In this document: one piece after another, positions 20,182 to 30,177 of the stretch
Position numbering within the stretch: the stretch's first letter is position 1
Layout: every line of letters starts with the position of its first letter
Assembly: GCA_937625935.1 (NCBI GenBank)
Contig: OW569362.1
Location: forward strand, 62,001 to 126,000
Reading direction: 5' to 3'
From: Tetramitus jugosus
Lineage: Eukaryota > Protista > Heterolobosea
Length of the DNA: 64,000 bases
Notes under the pieces: generated by a model
Told to the model about the DNA's origin: nothing
Databases searched by the model: none
The model's input: the letters and a program-made list of their open reading frames with translations, nothing else
Translations under genes and position numbers: made by a program

Positions 20182-22440
20182 ATGCTCTTCGACTCTTTCA
20201 AGTTTCCTCTCTTGTTTTGTGTTGCTGTTTTCTGTGTATTGATGACACAGAGCACGGCTCAGCAGGACTGCCTATCTATTCCAAATTATCGAAACAGTTC
20301 AGTCCCATTGAACTGCCCACCTGGAAGGGTCTTGCCTAGACTCAGCAACTTGGCCCTCTACTACACTGGAGAGAAGTTTTTAGTACCATCTGCCACCAGC
20401 AATTGTGTTAACTCCAATTTGATTGGAAAGATTGGAGGTGTTTGCCACAATGGAAATTCTTCCTCCAAAGTAACATTAGGATACGATTTTCTTCCACTTG
20501 TTGGAGAATCCATTACTGTTTCTATGTTTGTTTCTGTTCCACTACAATACCTGCCTGCTCCTGGAGACTCTCAGAAGCTCGTCAAATTCAAGTTGGAGGG
20601 AGGGATCAATGATCATTTGACTGTGGAACTGACCAGAAATGGCGATATCATTTTGATTCAAGCTATTTACCAAGCCATGAATCACTCTGTCGTTTTCAGT
20701 GCTCCCTATGCTCAAGTACAGGATCAATACTTCCGATCAAGATGGAATTCAATCGTGTTGGTTCGTTCGGCCGCAGCTCCACTAGGTGTTCGTATCTATG
20801 TTAATGGAGAGAGTAGAGATGTGTCCTTCACTCCAGATATCGGTAATATCATGACCAAGAGTAACATCCTAGATTTGTCTCTGGAAATCAATGACAAGTT
20901 CGCTCTGGTCGATGAGTTGGCTGTGTGGAACTCAGCTTTTAGTGAGACTGAGGGCAAAAGTTTGTCGACTCTCTATACTCAGTCCAGTGATATTTGCAGT
21001 TGGTCAGATCAGCAAGAATTCGGAGCTCCTAGCCCAAGTTACTCTGTTCATTATGCAAATGAGAAGATTGTTATTGACGTTACTTTGTCCAAGCATCTTT
21101 TCTCATCTGTGATGCACTCTATCGACACTTCTATGAATTCATCTGCATTGAGCCAATGTCAAAATCAAAACCTTCTCACTCCTTCAGCAGGGAAGCCATG
21201 GATCGTGTACTCACAATCGAGCTGCAGCGTCACATACAGACTTGAACAAAGTATGGCTGATATTTACAATCCTGCAGCAGTGAACAACAATTGGAAGATT
21301 CAAGTGGATGCTTCTGGAAAGAGTGTTACTCACAAATTATTCATTTCTATTGCTTACTCCATTTTCAATGGGGTCGAACAATGCTACCAAGTGGGATACA
21401 CAGCTACTGTTCAGTTCAATAGCTACCTGTCTGCCTTCTCGTCTTTGGATTTTAACACAATCGACAAAGAAGCTTCATTCGCAGTCACAAGCATCAGAGT
21501 GAACCAAAACAACGAGTTTGAAGTATCAGGTCTATTGAAGAGAGCGTTCAACGGTGCAACCTTTGAACAAATCAAGTTGACAAGGAAGGGTCAATTTGTA
21601 TCCCAGGATGTCGATTACAGTTCATCTCCATCATCCTGTTCCTTTGCAAATTCCAATGAATGTGCTGTTTCCTTTACAAGAAAGTGGGTCGAGTTGAACT
21701 ACGGAAGCACTATTTTGAGTGGTAATCACTCTCTGACATTCAACTCGAAGTTAGGAAATGATCAGAGCCGAAGTCTCAAGATTGACTTCCGACTGAGTTA
21801 CACTGTACCTCAGGATCCAACTATCATCAATGGAGATACCCTGGTATCTACGTTGACATTGAAATCCGATAGTAATTATCTAACCCCGAGAATATCAGCA
21901 TACAAGTCATCTGACACCGTGTATATGGTCAATGAGATTTCCCACAACCTCAATCTGCCATCAGGTTATCAGTTCAATTTCGAGAGTGGATATTTCTGTT
22001 GTGTAAACACTCCTTATTCACTTCCATCCTATACGAATGGAACTGGTGGTTGTAAGGACGCTGTGGTTGGCGTGAATGGTGTCGTAGAGAAAACGAGCTT
22101 AGTAAGGGGCTCGAATGTGCAAGTAACATTCTCCTCCAGTCCGAATGCTCACCGCATCGCCATGTCCTTGGCCCAGGTGATCACCACAAACACATTGCCA
22201 TTGAAAAACCCACTCACTTGTAGTGTGTTGATATTCTCAAAGATGAGTAATGGAAGAAGAATCTCGTCCATTCAATACACAACCACTGTGGAATCAGCTC
22301 AACTCTTTGAGATGAAGGACGAGCAAAATGTGGTGGGAAAGGACAGTGACATGCCCAGTACAGCTAACACTATCAATGGGCCAACACTCTGCATCTACAT
22401 GATCACAATTGTGACATTCTTGGTTTACGTCTTGGTATAA
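20182..22440 (+). CDS. Cell-surface protein: signal peptide, LamG/concanavalin-like domain, ZP-like region, hydrophobic C-terminal anchor
   Basis: Signal MLFDSFKFPLLFCVAVFCVLM; LamG motifs WNSIVLV..RIYVNG..VDELAVWNSAFS; many N-glycosylation sequons; terminal hydrophobic stretch. Confidence 0.8.
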   Translation: MLFDSFKFPLLFCVAVFCVLMTQSTAQQDCLSIPNYRNSSVPLNCPPGRVLPRLSNLALYYTGEKFLVPSATSNCVNSNLIGKIGGVCHNGNSSSKVTLGYDFLPLVGESITVSMFVSVPLQYLPAPGDSQKLVKFKLEGGINDHLTVELTRNGDIILIQAIYQAMNHSVVFSAPYAQVQDQYFRSRWNSIVLVRSAAAPLGVRIYVNGESRDVSFTPDIGNIMTKSNILDLSLEINDKFALVDELAVWNSAFSETEGKSLSTLYTQSSDICSWSDQQEFGAPSPSYSVHYANEKIVIDVTLSKHLFSSVMHSIDTSMNSSALSQCQNQNLLTPSAGKPWIVYSQSSCSVTYRLEQSMADIYNPAAVNNNWKIQVDASGKSVTHKLFISIAYSIFNGVEQCYQVGYTATVQFNSYLSAFSSLDFNTIDKEASFAVTSIRVNQNNEFEVSGLLKRAFNGATFEQIKLTRKGQFVSQDVDYSSSPSSCSFANSNECAVSFTRKWVELNYGSTILSGNHSLTFNSKLGNDQSRSLKIDFRLSYTVPQDPTIINGDTLVSTLTLKSDSNYLTPRISAYKSSDTVYMVNEISHNLNLPSGYQFNFESGYFCCVNTPYSLPSYTNGTGGCKDAVVGVNGVVEKTSLVRGSNVQVTFSSSPNAHRIAMSLAQVITTNTLPLKNPLTCSVLIFSKMSNGRRISSIQYTTTVESAQLFEMKDEQNVVGKDSDMPSTANTINGPTLCIYMITIVTFLVYVLV

Positions 22441-22518
22441 ACATTAATCTTTGCTTGTCACCCAACTCTTGGGCAATTACATCCTCTGTTCTCAAACAAG
22501 CTGTCTATTGTAAACTCT

Positions 22519-23706
22519 TTATTGGTCTCTTCTGGAGCTCTTCTTTGCCAAAATGATTAAAATCCGGACAAAAATGGCCACAAAGTCAATAAACAACTCC
22601 AGTGCCAGATTCACCGTATCCGTATATCCACTGTGCAACTTTTCAATAATCATCTGAGTATCAAACACTACAAATCCGATAAATACCAACAATCCACCAT
22701 ACAGGGACACAAATTGACTCATCATTGATGATCCACCCAACAGAACCATAATAAACAGAATGGACAGTGAAGAAGTGAGTGCCGAACCGAGATAGAGATG
22801 AGATCGACGTCTAGAAAACATGGCAAACCCAGTGAAACACACAAATATCATTGTTGTGGACAAGAGAGCAACAAGTGGCAACGAAGCATCAATATTCTCA
22901 CTAATTTGTTGAACGAGTGGAGAGACATGGAGACCATTGATGAACCCGAACGCATACAGTGCAAAATTCCTTGTTCCCAGAAATGATGACAGTTCAATCA
23001 CGCTTGTTTTACTACTACTACTACTATTACTACTATTACTATTGTTATTCATCAAATCATCATCATCATCATCATCAGAAACAGTCATATCACCATTGTT
23101 CATATAACTATTATTATTATTATTCGTCGTGCTTGTCCATTTCAAGTACATGACAAGTGCAATCATGGAAACAAGTAGTAACAAGGTAGGAAAACCTCCA
23201 CCACCACCACCATCACTACTGAAAAACACTGGACTCAACACCATGATATGAAACAAGTAACCAACCAGTGCACTGACAATGGTCAATGTCAAGTGCATGT
23301 ACACTTGAATGAGCTTGGATCGATATTGCCATTGAACAGTAGAGAAATTGGTTAATTTTTGCCATTGAATCGATTGAAAATGATTATTGCTGTATGGATC
23401 ATTGCTGTATGGATGAGAATGAGAAGAATGGTTATGTGATGATGATGATGATGAAGATGATGATGATGATTGATTAAAGTGATAGAATGAATGAGAGTTT
23501 TGGAGCCAATGAATCACTCCTCCATTGTTGTTATTGTTGATTGGCTCATTATCATCATCATCATCACTACCATATTCAATCATTATGGGTGTATGATGAT
23601 GGTCAGCAGTTGATGAGCTATTGTCATTTGTGGTGAAGGGTGAATTTTGGGTAATGGAGGGTAATAGAAGCTGTTGTTGTTGTTGCTGTTGTTGTTGGAG
23701 CATCAT
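22519..23706 (-). CDS. TMBIM6: Bax inhibitor-1 family protein with low-complexity N-terminus and loop
   Basis: VYMHLTLT, IFVCFTGFAMFSRRRSHLYLG, LYGGLLVFIGFVVFDTQMIIEK and ALELFIDFVAIFVRILIIL motifs. Confidence 0.92.
   Translation of the reverse strand: MMLQQQQQQQQQLLLPSITQNSPFTTNDNSSSTADHHHTPIMIEYGSDDDDDNEPINNNNNGGVIHWLQNSHSFYHFNQSSSSSSSSSSSHNHSSHSHPYSNDPYSNNHFQSIQWQKLTNFSTVQWQYRSKLIQVYMHLTLTIVSALVGYLFHIMVLSPVFFSSDGGGGGGFPTLLLLVSMIALVMYLKWTSTTNNNNNSYMNNGDMTVSDDDDDDDLMNNNSNSSNSSSSSKTSVIELSSFLGTRNFALYAFGFINGLHVSPLVQQISENIDASLPLVALLSTTMIFVCFTGFAMFSRRRSHLYLGSALTSSLSILFIMVLLGGSSMMSQFVSLYGGLLVFIGFVVFDTQMIIEKLHSGYTDTVNLALELFIDFVAIFVRILIILAKKSSRRDQ
23010..23076. repeat. (TAC/TAT)n and (CAT)n trinucleotide tracts encoding poly-S/N and poly-D in BI-1
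   Basis: Direct reading of the sequence. Confidence 0.8.
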
Positions 23707-23946
23707 TGCGTGTTGGTGTGGATTTTATTCGGGGTGGCAAGGTTTTTGTGTTGGATTTTTGAAGTAAAACCATTCACCCTTGAACGCGTGTTTTTATGTG
23801 AGCGAGTTGGGCTGGTGCGAGGTGGTTTTTTCTGGGTTCGCTTCGCATGTGAAGTTCCGTTTTCCCGCCTGGATTTCGGTAGATTATCGGCAAGATACAG
23901 GACGACCGGTCAGCTCTCAACATCAATATGATGCGAGTGCACGTTT

Positions 23947-24268
23947 TGAAACTTGAATCAACATTTCGTCTCTCCAATTGCTCAAATTGCCAAATGTTTT
24001 GGTTGCAACTGCAGTCGTACATCAGAATGCAAGCATCAGCTCCTCTATGGAAGGCAATATTCAAGCCCTGGAAAAGGTCTTGACCTGCGAAGGACTACCG
24101 CGAAGAAAACAAAAAAATGTTTGTCAGATGTGGCTGCGAGGTCACGAGAGAATTTCCTTTGTCAAGAAATCATGACCGATCGTGGCCTTGTAGTTCTTGT
24201 TGGTACTGGTTGATCACTTGCGTTTTGCCAACTTTTTCGTCACCAACGACAACAACCTTCAGCAACAT
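23947..24268 (-). pseudogene. Rab7-like pseudogene
   Basis: MLLKVVVVGDEKVGKTQVINQY / shift / NKNYKATIGHDFLTKEI-stop / AGQDLFQGLNIAFHRGADACILMYD / shift / TKTFGNLSNWRDEMLIQV, colinear with Rab7. G4/G5 motifs and the C-terminus were not found. Confidence 0.85.
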
Positions 24269-24453
24269 TCTTATTGTCGGAGCGAGATGAACTCTTTCAT
24301 CTTTGCTTTACTCCGGCTAAATTGAAGCTGGTTTTTTTGTTTGGCCGACAGCTGTTTTCGCGCAACACACATAGCCCGCAAAAACATCAGATACTATTGT
24401 TTGTTGTTATCGCTTTCCTTATCATCCTCAAAGACACAGATTCATCAAAGACA

Positions 24454-25278
24454 ATGAACAAGAATTCTTCTCGAGTCAACAATGAACTCGGCATGGTTAC
24501 AGCCACTCCAGAAATGTGCGCCATTTGCTTCGATTCTGTTGTTCTTTATTTGAACCCGAGACGACAGCACCAACAACAACCAAAGAAGAACAAGAACAAG
24601 AATCGCTACAATCCTCAGAGCGATGAAGAAGAAGACGTTATTGACTCAAGGAATGTAATTGTTTCTTCTTCTACTTCTGCTCTTCCATTGTCTGTTCTGG
24701 ATGACCCGAACGCACTCTCCAGAGCTCCCTATGACAAGTGTTTTCCACTGTTTGTGACTTGGAACAAGTGGTCTCACAGCAGTGAAGAGTATCATTTGCG
24801 TGGATGCATTGGCACTTTTTCTCAGAGTGTTCCTCTGTGTGAATCATTGCCAGATTATGCAAAGACGAGTGCTTTTGAAGACAGTCGATTCTCACCCATT
24901 ACTGGATCTGAACTGGCTCACTTAAAGTGTAGTGTATCATTGTTGATTGATTTTGAAGAGGCAAACGATGTGTTTGATTGGACTATTGGTGTTCATGGAA
25001 TCCGTATTTCTTTCCCCAGTGATCCTAGTGCTTCTCAGTATAGCAGAACTCTGGGAGGAACCTATCTGCCAGATGTTTGTGTCGAGCAGGAGTGGACCAA
25101 GGAGGAATGCTTGCATTCACTGTACAGAAAGGCCGGATTTAGGGGCACGGTGACGAAGTCTTTGATGAGGAAGACAAAGTTAGTTCGATACAAGAGTTCA
25201 AAGTGTCATATGACCTATGAGGAATATCAGAAGCTGATTCAGAACAAGGTGGAGCATACTGGCTCTGGTGAAGAATAG
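24454..25278 (+). CDS. AMMECR1: AMMECR1-family protein
   Basis: FPLFVTW, LRGCIGTF, SAFEDSRFSPI, DWTIGVHGIRI and TYLPDV motifs. Confidence 0.93.
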   Translation: MNKNSSRVNNELGMVTATPEMCAICFDSVVLYLNPRRQHQQQPKKNKNKNRYNPQSDEEEDVIDSRNVIVSSSTSALPLSVLDDPNALSRAPYDKCFPLFVTWNKWSHSSEEYHLRGCIGTFSQSVPLCESLPDYAKTSAFEDSRFSPITGSELAHLKCSVSLLIDFEEANDVFDWTIGVHGIRISFPSDPSASQYSRTLGGTYLPDVCVEQEWTKEECLHSLYRKAGFRGTVTKSLMRKTKLVRYKSSKCHMTYEEYQKLIQNKVEHTGSGEE

Positions 25279-25297
25279 TCTCCATGATTAATATGTT

Positions 25298-25744
25298 TCA
25301 ATAAAGTGCTACTTTACATTCCTTTTTCTTATCAGAGTTCTTCTTCATCAGATACTGTTCGAGCTTGTTCAATTGTTTCTCGGTTTGAACTAATTGATCC
25401 ATTGCTTGCTTTCTTTTAGTTTGAACCAAGTTCAATTTATTCTCCAATCTCTCCACTCGGTCGAGGTATTGTGTTCCTGATGAATCGGTCATATAAGATG
25501 AATGACATACGGAGCCAGAGTCGGAAACTTGACGACTCGAAGAGTGACTTCGGTTGCTTTTGATTGTTCGGGAAACAGACCGAGATGTAGAAACTTCTGT
25601 TGGCTCAACCTTGAGCATATTCAGGTTCTCACCCGGGACAGCACACCGAGTAGGACCAGCAGAGTAATAGAACTCCAAGTCTTTCAACTTTCTAGCATAA
25701 TTATTCTTCCAAATCTTATTGTCCATGTTGAAGACAGACATCAT
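25298..25744 (-). CDS. Hypothetical 148-aa protein with C-terminal coiled coil
   Basis: Clean ORF, S-rich middle, heptad C-terminus; tail-to-tail with AMMECR1 (19-bp gap). Confidence 0.65.
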   Translation of the reverse strand: MMSVFNMDNKIWKNNYARKLKDLEFYYSAGPTRCAVPGENLNMLKVEPTEVSTSRSVSRTIKSNRSHSSSRQVSDSGSVCHSSYMTDSSGTQYLDRVERLENKLNLVQTKRKQAMDQLVQTEKQLNKLEQYLMKKNSDKKKECKVALY

Positions 25745-25962
25745 CTATGAGAGTACGTTTTTTCTGCCTGTAAAGTTGCCAGATTGTAACTGTTTCAAAA
25801 GGCGCCAAAATCGGAAAGCAGACAGCTGAAAAAAGTCGAACCCAACACCTGTGACACCTGTGACAATCATGGCGACCACACCATTTACCATCCAATACCG
25901 CTCTTTTCAGCCCAAGAGTCCCGAAAGATTGGATCATTGTCATCCCAGAGTACCACGAGACG

Positions 25963-27258
25963 ATGCTTTCTGCACTGCTAGAGCTAGAAGCAAGTGAGCA
26001 AGCTTATGCACTCAAAGAGCTGCAAAAGGCAATTAATATCGCACCAAACAAGGCAATTGCTTACTTGTTGAGAGGTGAGATTCTTAATGAGGTTGACAAG
26101 GATAGAGCACTTGCAGATTTTGAGAGAGCGAGTGCCAATGTGGATCAGTACCCGGACGAACAAGACTTTCGCTTGTGTATGCTCGAGAGTGAATCAAAGA
26201 AGCAAGTATGTCTACGGCAATGGAAATTGCTGTGCGAGGCATTGATGCAGGATGCACGTATGAATCGCTCTGAGGCCATAAGCTTAATGAAACAAGCAAT
26301 TTCTCTCTACAAGAAACCAATGAAAGAAGATCGAATGGATGAGACGAGAGTAGTGATGAGTACGATAGCGAAGAAGAATCGAACAGTGAAGAAGATGATG
26401 ATAAAACCAAGAAGCAAAAAGCGATAGATTTCAATTGTGAAATTGAACGAATCGATTGAGAGGAAGACAATTTTCTGATGTCGACAATTTACTCTTTTCT
26501 GAGCGAGTCTGAGTCGCATTTGGATGATGATGCATTCTGTGGCCTACGGTCCCTTGTATTCTCTATTGTCGAAATTGTCCTATTTATCTCATTATATGTT
26601 GTGTACTGAAGAAATTGCATGTGATCAACCCGAGCAATTCTTTGCTGATGCAAGAGGTATTGATGAATACCATTGCGCTCAGGGAGGTTTGTTTATCTCT
26701 ATGGATCTGATAGAGATGGGAAGGAAGGAAGAAGGCATAAAACTATTCGAACATCTGCTTTCACTGCACAAGTTTAATTATTTTATGTGGATGACTTTGG
26801 GACAGTGCCACACGATGAGTCAACAAAATGAAGAAGCTGAAAGAGCCTTCAGTAGATCCATTGAATTAGCCTTTGATGTTGACCCTGAAGCGTACTGGTC
26901 TATTCTAAATATCTATCGAGATGATGCCGGATATGACCAAAAAACTGAGGAACTGAATAACTTAGCCCAACAAAAGGCCATAACTGATCGTCCCCTGCAG
27001 GTACTGAATGGAATCTTCTGTATGCTCAGGCATTACAGAGACCTGTTTAATGAACCGAATAAGGATTCACCTGAATGGGAAGAACGATGGATGCAAGCTG
27101 ACTATGATATCCAGACTCTGAATTATATTCCATATATTTCGATTGAAGACCGTTGTTTTCCACCAGAAACCCGATTTGCCTCCTCTCTCAAACGCAATCT
27201 CAAACACTTGAATCGTTGTGCTGCATTCTCTGACTGTTCAATCCACTGTGAAGAGTGA
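25963..27258 (+). pseudogene. TPR-repeat gene disrupted by two frameshifts and an in-frame TGA (or assembly errors)
   Basis: TPR motifs in both track ORFs. The natural acidic linker DESSDEYDSEEESNSEEDDD lies in a third frame (from ~26344) and is interrupted by TGA at 26457-26459. No splice sites were found that rescue it. Confidence 0.65.
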
Positions 27259-27873
27259 ATCTCAACTACAAGTTGTAACTGCAAACCCAGATCCAAAGAA
27301 AACCACCCACAGCCGGACACTGAGCGCTCAGATTTTGTCCTGGGTCTTGCATGATCTAAAATAAAAATTTCTGACAAAAAATCGGAAGAAAGCCACACCA
27401 GACCACAGCGAAGCAACACTCAACTGCTGTTGCTAAGAGACATTGCATCGAAAAGTACAGAACATTGCGGTACGATATAGTCTGAAAAGAATTTCATCTT
27501 TTGCGGTATGTTAACACCATAATCGCTGCCCTTGGGCAGTACTCTCCAACCAAAATTTTTTTGAAGTTGGAGGTTGTGCATATTAATCACACAAGACAAT
27601 GATTGGCTGGACTGCCCTGCTGGGGTCATGGCTCAGTCGGTATTTGTGTCGTTGTACATGATGAGAAGAACTTAATGCACACACCATCAGATTCTTCTCA
27701 TCAACCTCCAGCGATTCCCCACCTTCAACAACAACTAACACACCACTTGCCACAGGCATCTGAATCTGACAACAAACTTGCTTGTTCGCATCAAAAAATA
27801 GAGAAGACACAGAAAAAAGAAACACCCAACCTCACAAAAACTCTTGTTTTATTCATTGAACCTAGAGAATACA

Positions 27874-29442
27874 ATGACTGACAACCATAACCCCAACAAC
27901 AACAACGACGCTTATCCGTCGCTGTCCTTATTGACGACCACATCGTCCATCCAAAGTCCACTACAGCCAATCTCACCTGCAAGAACAGCCAACTTCCAAG
28001 AAGAGGAAGAAGATGAAACAATGAGATATCATGACAGTGGTTCTTCCAAGGAAAGTACATCTAATCCAGTTGTATCTTCATCATCATCATTGATGTACCC
28101 TCACCATCGTGATGATGATTCATCCATCCTAGCATCATCATCATCACTATCGTTAATTGGATCTCATGACGGTGATGAAGGTATGGAAGGTCACAAGACA
28201 TCAACAGGTTCCTCCACTTCAGCAATCAGTGCAGCTGAAGCTCTCGTGTGTTTGCCGCAACAAGAGCTACAAGAGTCGCAAGATGCGATACAAAAAACGG
28301 CGCCACTCAAATCAACCACTTTACAAAAGCGAAAGAGAGAAAAGAGCGCCAATGCAACTCTTTTCCATTCGTCCAAGAGAAAACGCAAGACTACTGGCTA
28401 TGGTTCTCCACAAGATACAGAGCTTGATTTTGAGACAAGTAATGTTGAGTTACCAGACACAAGTGTCTATGCTCCTATGGACGATGTGAGTCCTTCCAAC
28501 ACGGTCAAAGCTGAAAAGTCCACGAGTTCAACATCTGGTAAGCAAAAATCAACTCAGAGCTATTCACAGAGACTAAAGGGTTTTTATTGCGTGTGTTGCA
28601 ACAAGTATGAAACCAATGGAAGAGTGTATACTTTCAAGAGCTTTTCCGATGTTTATCATGTGTTGTTTCCTGATTTCAAGGGTGAGGATGGAGACGTGTG
28701 TCGTAACTGCTACAATCTGGGTTACAAGTTACGAACATGGAGAAAATCTCATCCAAAGGAGGATCCTCTAGTGTTTATTGAGTCATTGTCAGTGTCTAGA
28801 CAAGTCAATCCACCATCTACTAAGCTCCAATCCGTTGCAACAGAAAAAGCTCCCAGTGAAGAATCAATCTTGGATGCTTCATCTCCTAGTGCGGCAGTTG
28901 GTCATATGAAGACTCGCAGCACTAGCAGCTCTTCCCTATTGGATGAAGCATCGAGTCATGAGGCTCCACAACCTACTCTCACTCAGAATGGCAAGAATAG
29001 CAATCTCCCGTTAACAAGCAGAAGAAAGAAGGGCAGCCAATATGCGCGTCTAAACGTGACCAGTGAGGCTGAACAAAGCTCACTACTGGAAAAGTTGTCT
29101 GATGATCTAATCGAAGTGTTCCTAGATATTAGATCAAAGGGAGAAGACAATGACTACTCTCGAATGAAGATTATTAGAGAGTTTGTTCCATCTAAGTCAA
29201 CACGTCATCAACTCGTGGATGCCGTAGAAAGAAATTTGAGTTTGATTTCACAGAGAAGAATCGAAGGGGAATCGAACAGTGGTATGGCCTTCTCGATTGA
29301 CGATATTAAGCTCGCTGAGCGAGACTCCAATGCCGTTGATTTGGAGATTGATCTAATCACAGAAGAATGCTTCAAGGATCATCCAATTAGACCAAAGTCT
29401 CGGTTTATTGCATACACCCGACAAATACAATTACAAAAGTGA
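27874..29442 (+). CDS. Putative nuclear protein with one C4 zinc-binding domain and a folded C-terminal domain
   Basis: NLS-like KRKREK and KRKRK; CVCC...VYHVLFPD...VCRNCY; paralogous to the 48622 gene. Confidence 0.85.
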   Translation: MTDNHNPNNNNDAYPSLSLLTTTSSIQSPLQPISPARTANFQEEEEDETMRYHDSGSSKESTSNPVVSSSSSLMYPHHRDDDSSILASSSSLSLIGSHDGDEGMEGHKTSTGSSTSAISAAEALVCLPQQELQESQDAIQKTAPLKSTTLQKRKREKSANATLFHSSKRKRKTTGYGSPQDTELDFETSNVELPDTSVYAPMDDVSPSNTVKAEKSTSSTSGKQKSTQSYSQRLKGFYCVCCNKYETNGRVYTFKSFSDVYHVLFPDFKGEDGDVCRNCYNLGYKLRTWRKSHPKEDPLVFIESLSVSRQVNPPSTKLQSVATEKAPSEESILDASSPSAAVGHMKTRSTSSSSLLDEASSHEAPQPTLTQNGKNSNLPLTSRRKKGSQYARLNVTSEAEQSSLLEKLSDDLIEVFLDIRSKGEDNDYSRMKIIREFVPSKSTRHQLVDAVERNLSLISQRRIEGESNSGMAFSIDDIKLAERDSNAVDLEIDLITEECFKDHPIRPKSRFIAYTRQIQLQK

Positions 29443-29473
29443 TGGATTGCATGAATACACGTAACACTTATTT

Positions 29474-30057
29474 CTACTTGTACTGCCAATCAGGTCTTCC
29501 TTTTCTATAACTGTCATCTTCCCTCCTCTTCTCTTTTCCAATGTCCATATATGCCTGTTCGAAGAAACTGGCGCCACCAACAGTCGCAGCTGCAGATGGG
29601 TCTCTCGTGGTTTTATCTGCTAGTTTGGCACCAAATGTTGGACCCTTGTAGCCTTCGATTTTCTGCGCAACTCTTCCCAATGACTCAAGGCCAACACATA
29701 CTTGTGGTAGATTCTTCGCTTCATATAGATCATTCGTTTCAAAGCTGTCAGCATCCGGTACACCCAATTGCCTAATGCCCTTGAGGAACGCTAAAATGTT
29801 TTCTCTGTGATTGAAGGGCATATTCATCTTTTGAGGTTGCAATTTCACATTGGGCTGTATCTTGTTGGCAAGCTTGATGAGAATTTTGCCATCTCTTAGA
29901 GTTGCTGCTATATCATCCTTATTTTGAATCCTTTGATGTCGTTAATTCTAATAGTGCTTAAATGAAACCTCGATTCAAATACTTACTGTTCTTCAATCAC
30001 TGATTCAATCCAGTTCATGAGCTCAGTCACTCGTTGTTGATCCAATTTCTTAGACAT
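29474..30057 (-). CDS. Calponin/transgelin-like single-CH-domain protein, 2 exons (intron 29931-29986)
   Basis: ELMNWIESVI / LRDGKILIKLANKI / RENILAFL / FETNDLYEAKNLPQV; the GTAAGT..AAG intron keeps the frame. Confidence 0.9.
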
Positions 30058-30177
30058 CTTACTTATAGGTTTGTTGTTGTTCTTGGTTGTTTCTGAGATC
30101 CGTAGTTCGGCGGTGAGTGCAGGAGAAATCATTCAAGACAACAAAAATGACCATATCGTTTACTTTGCATATCAAAT

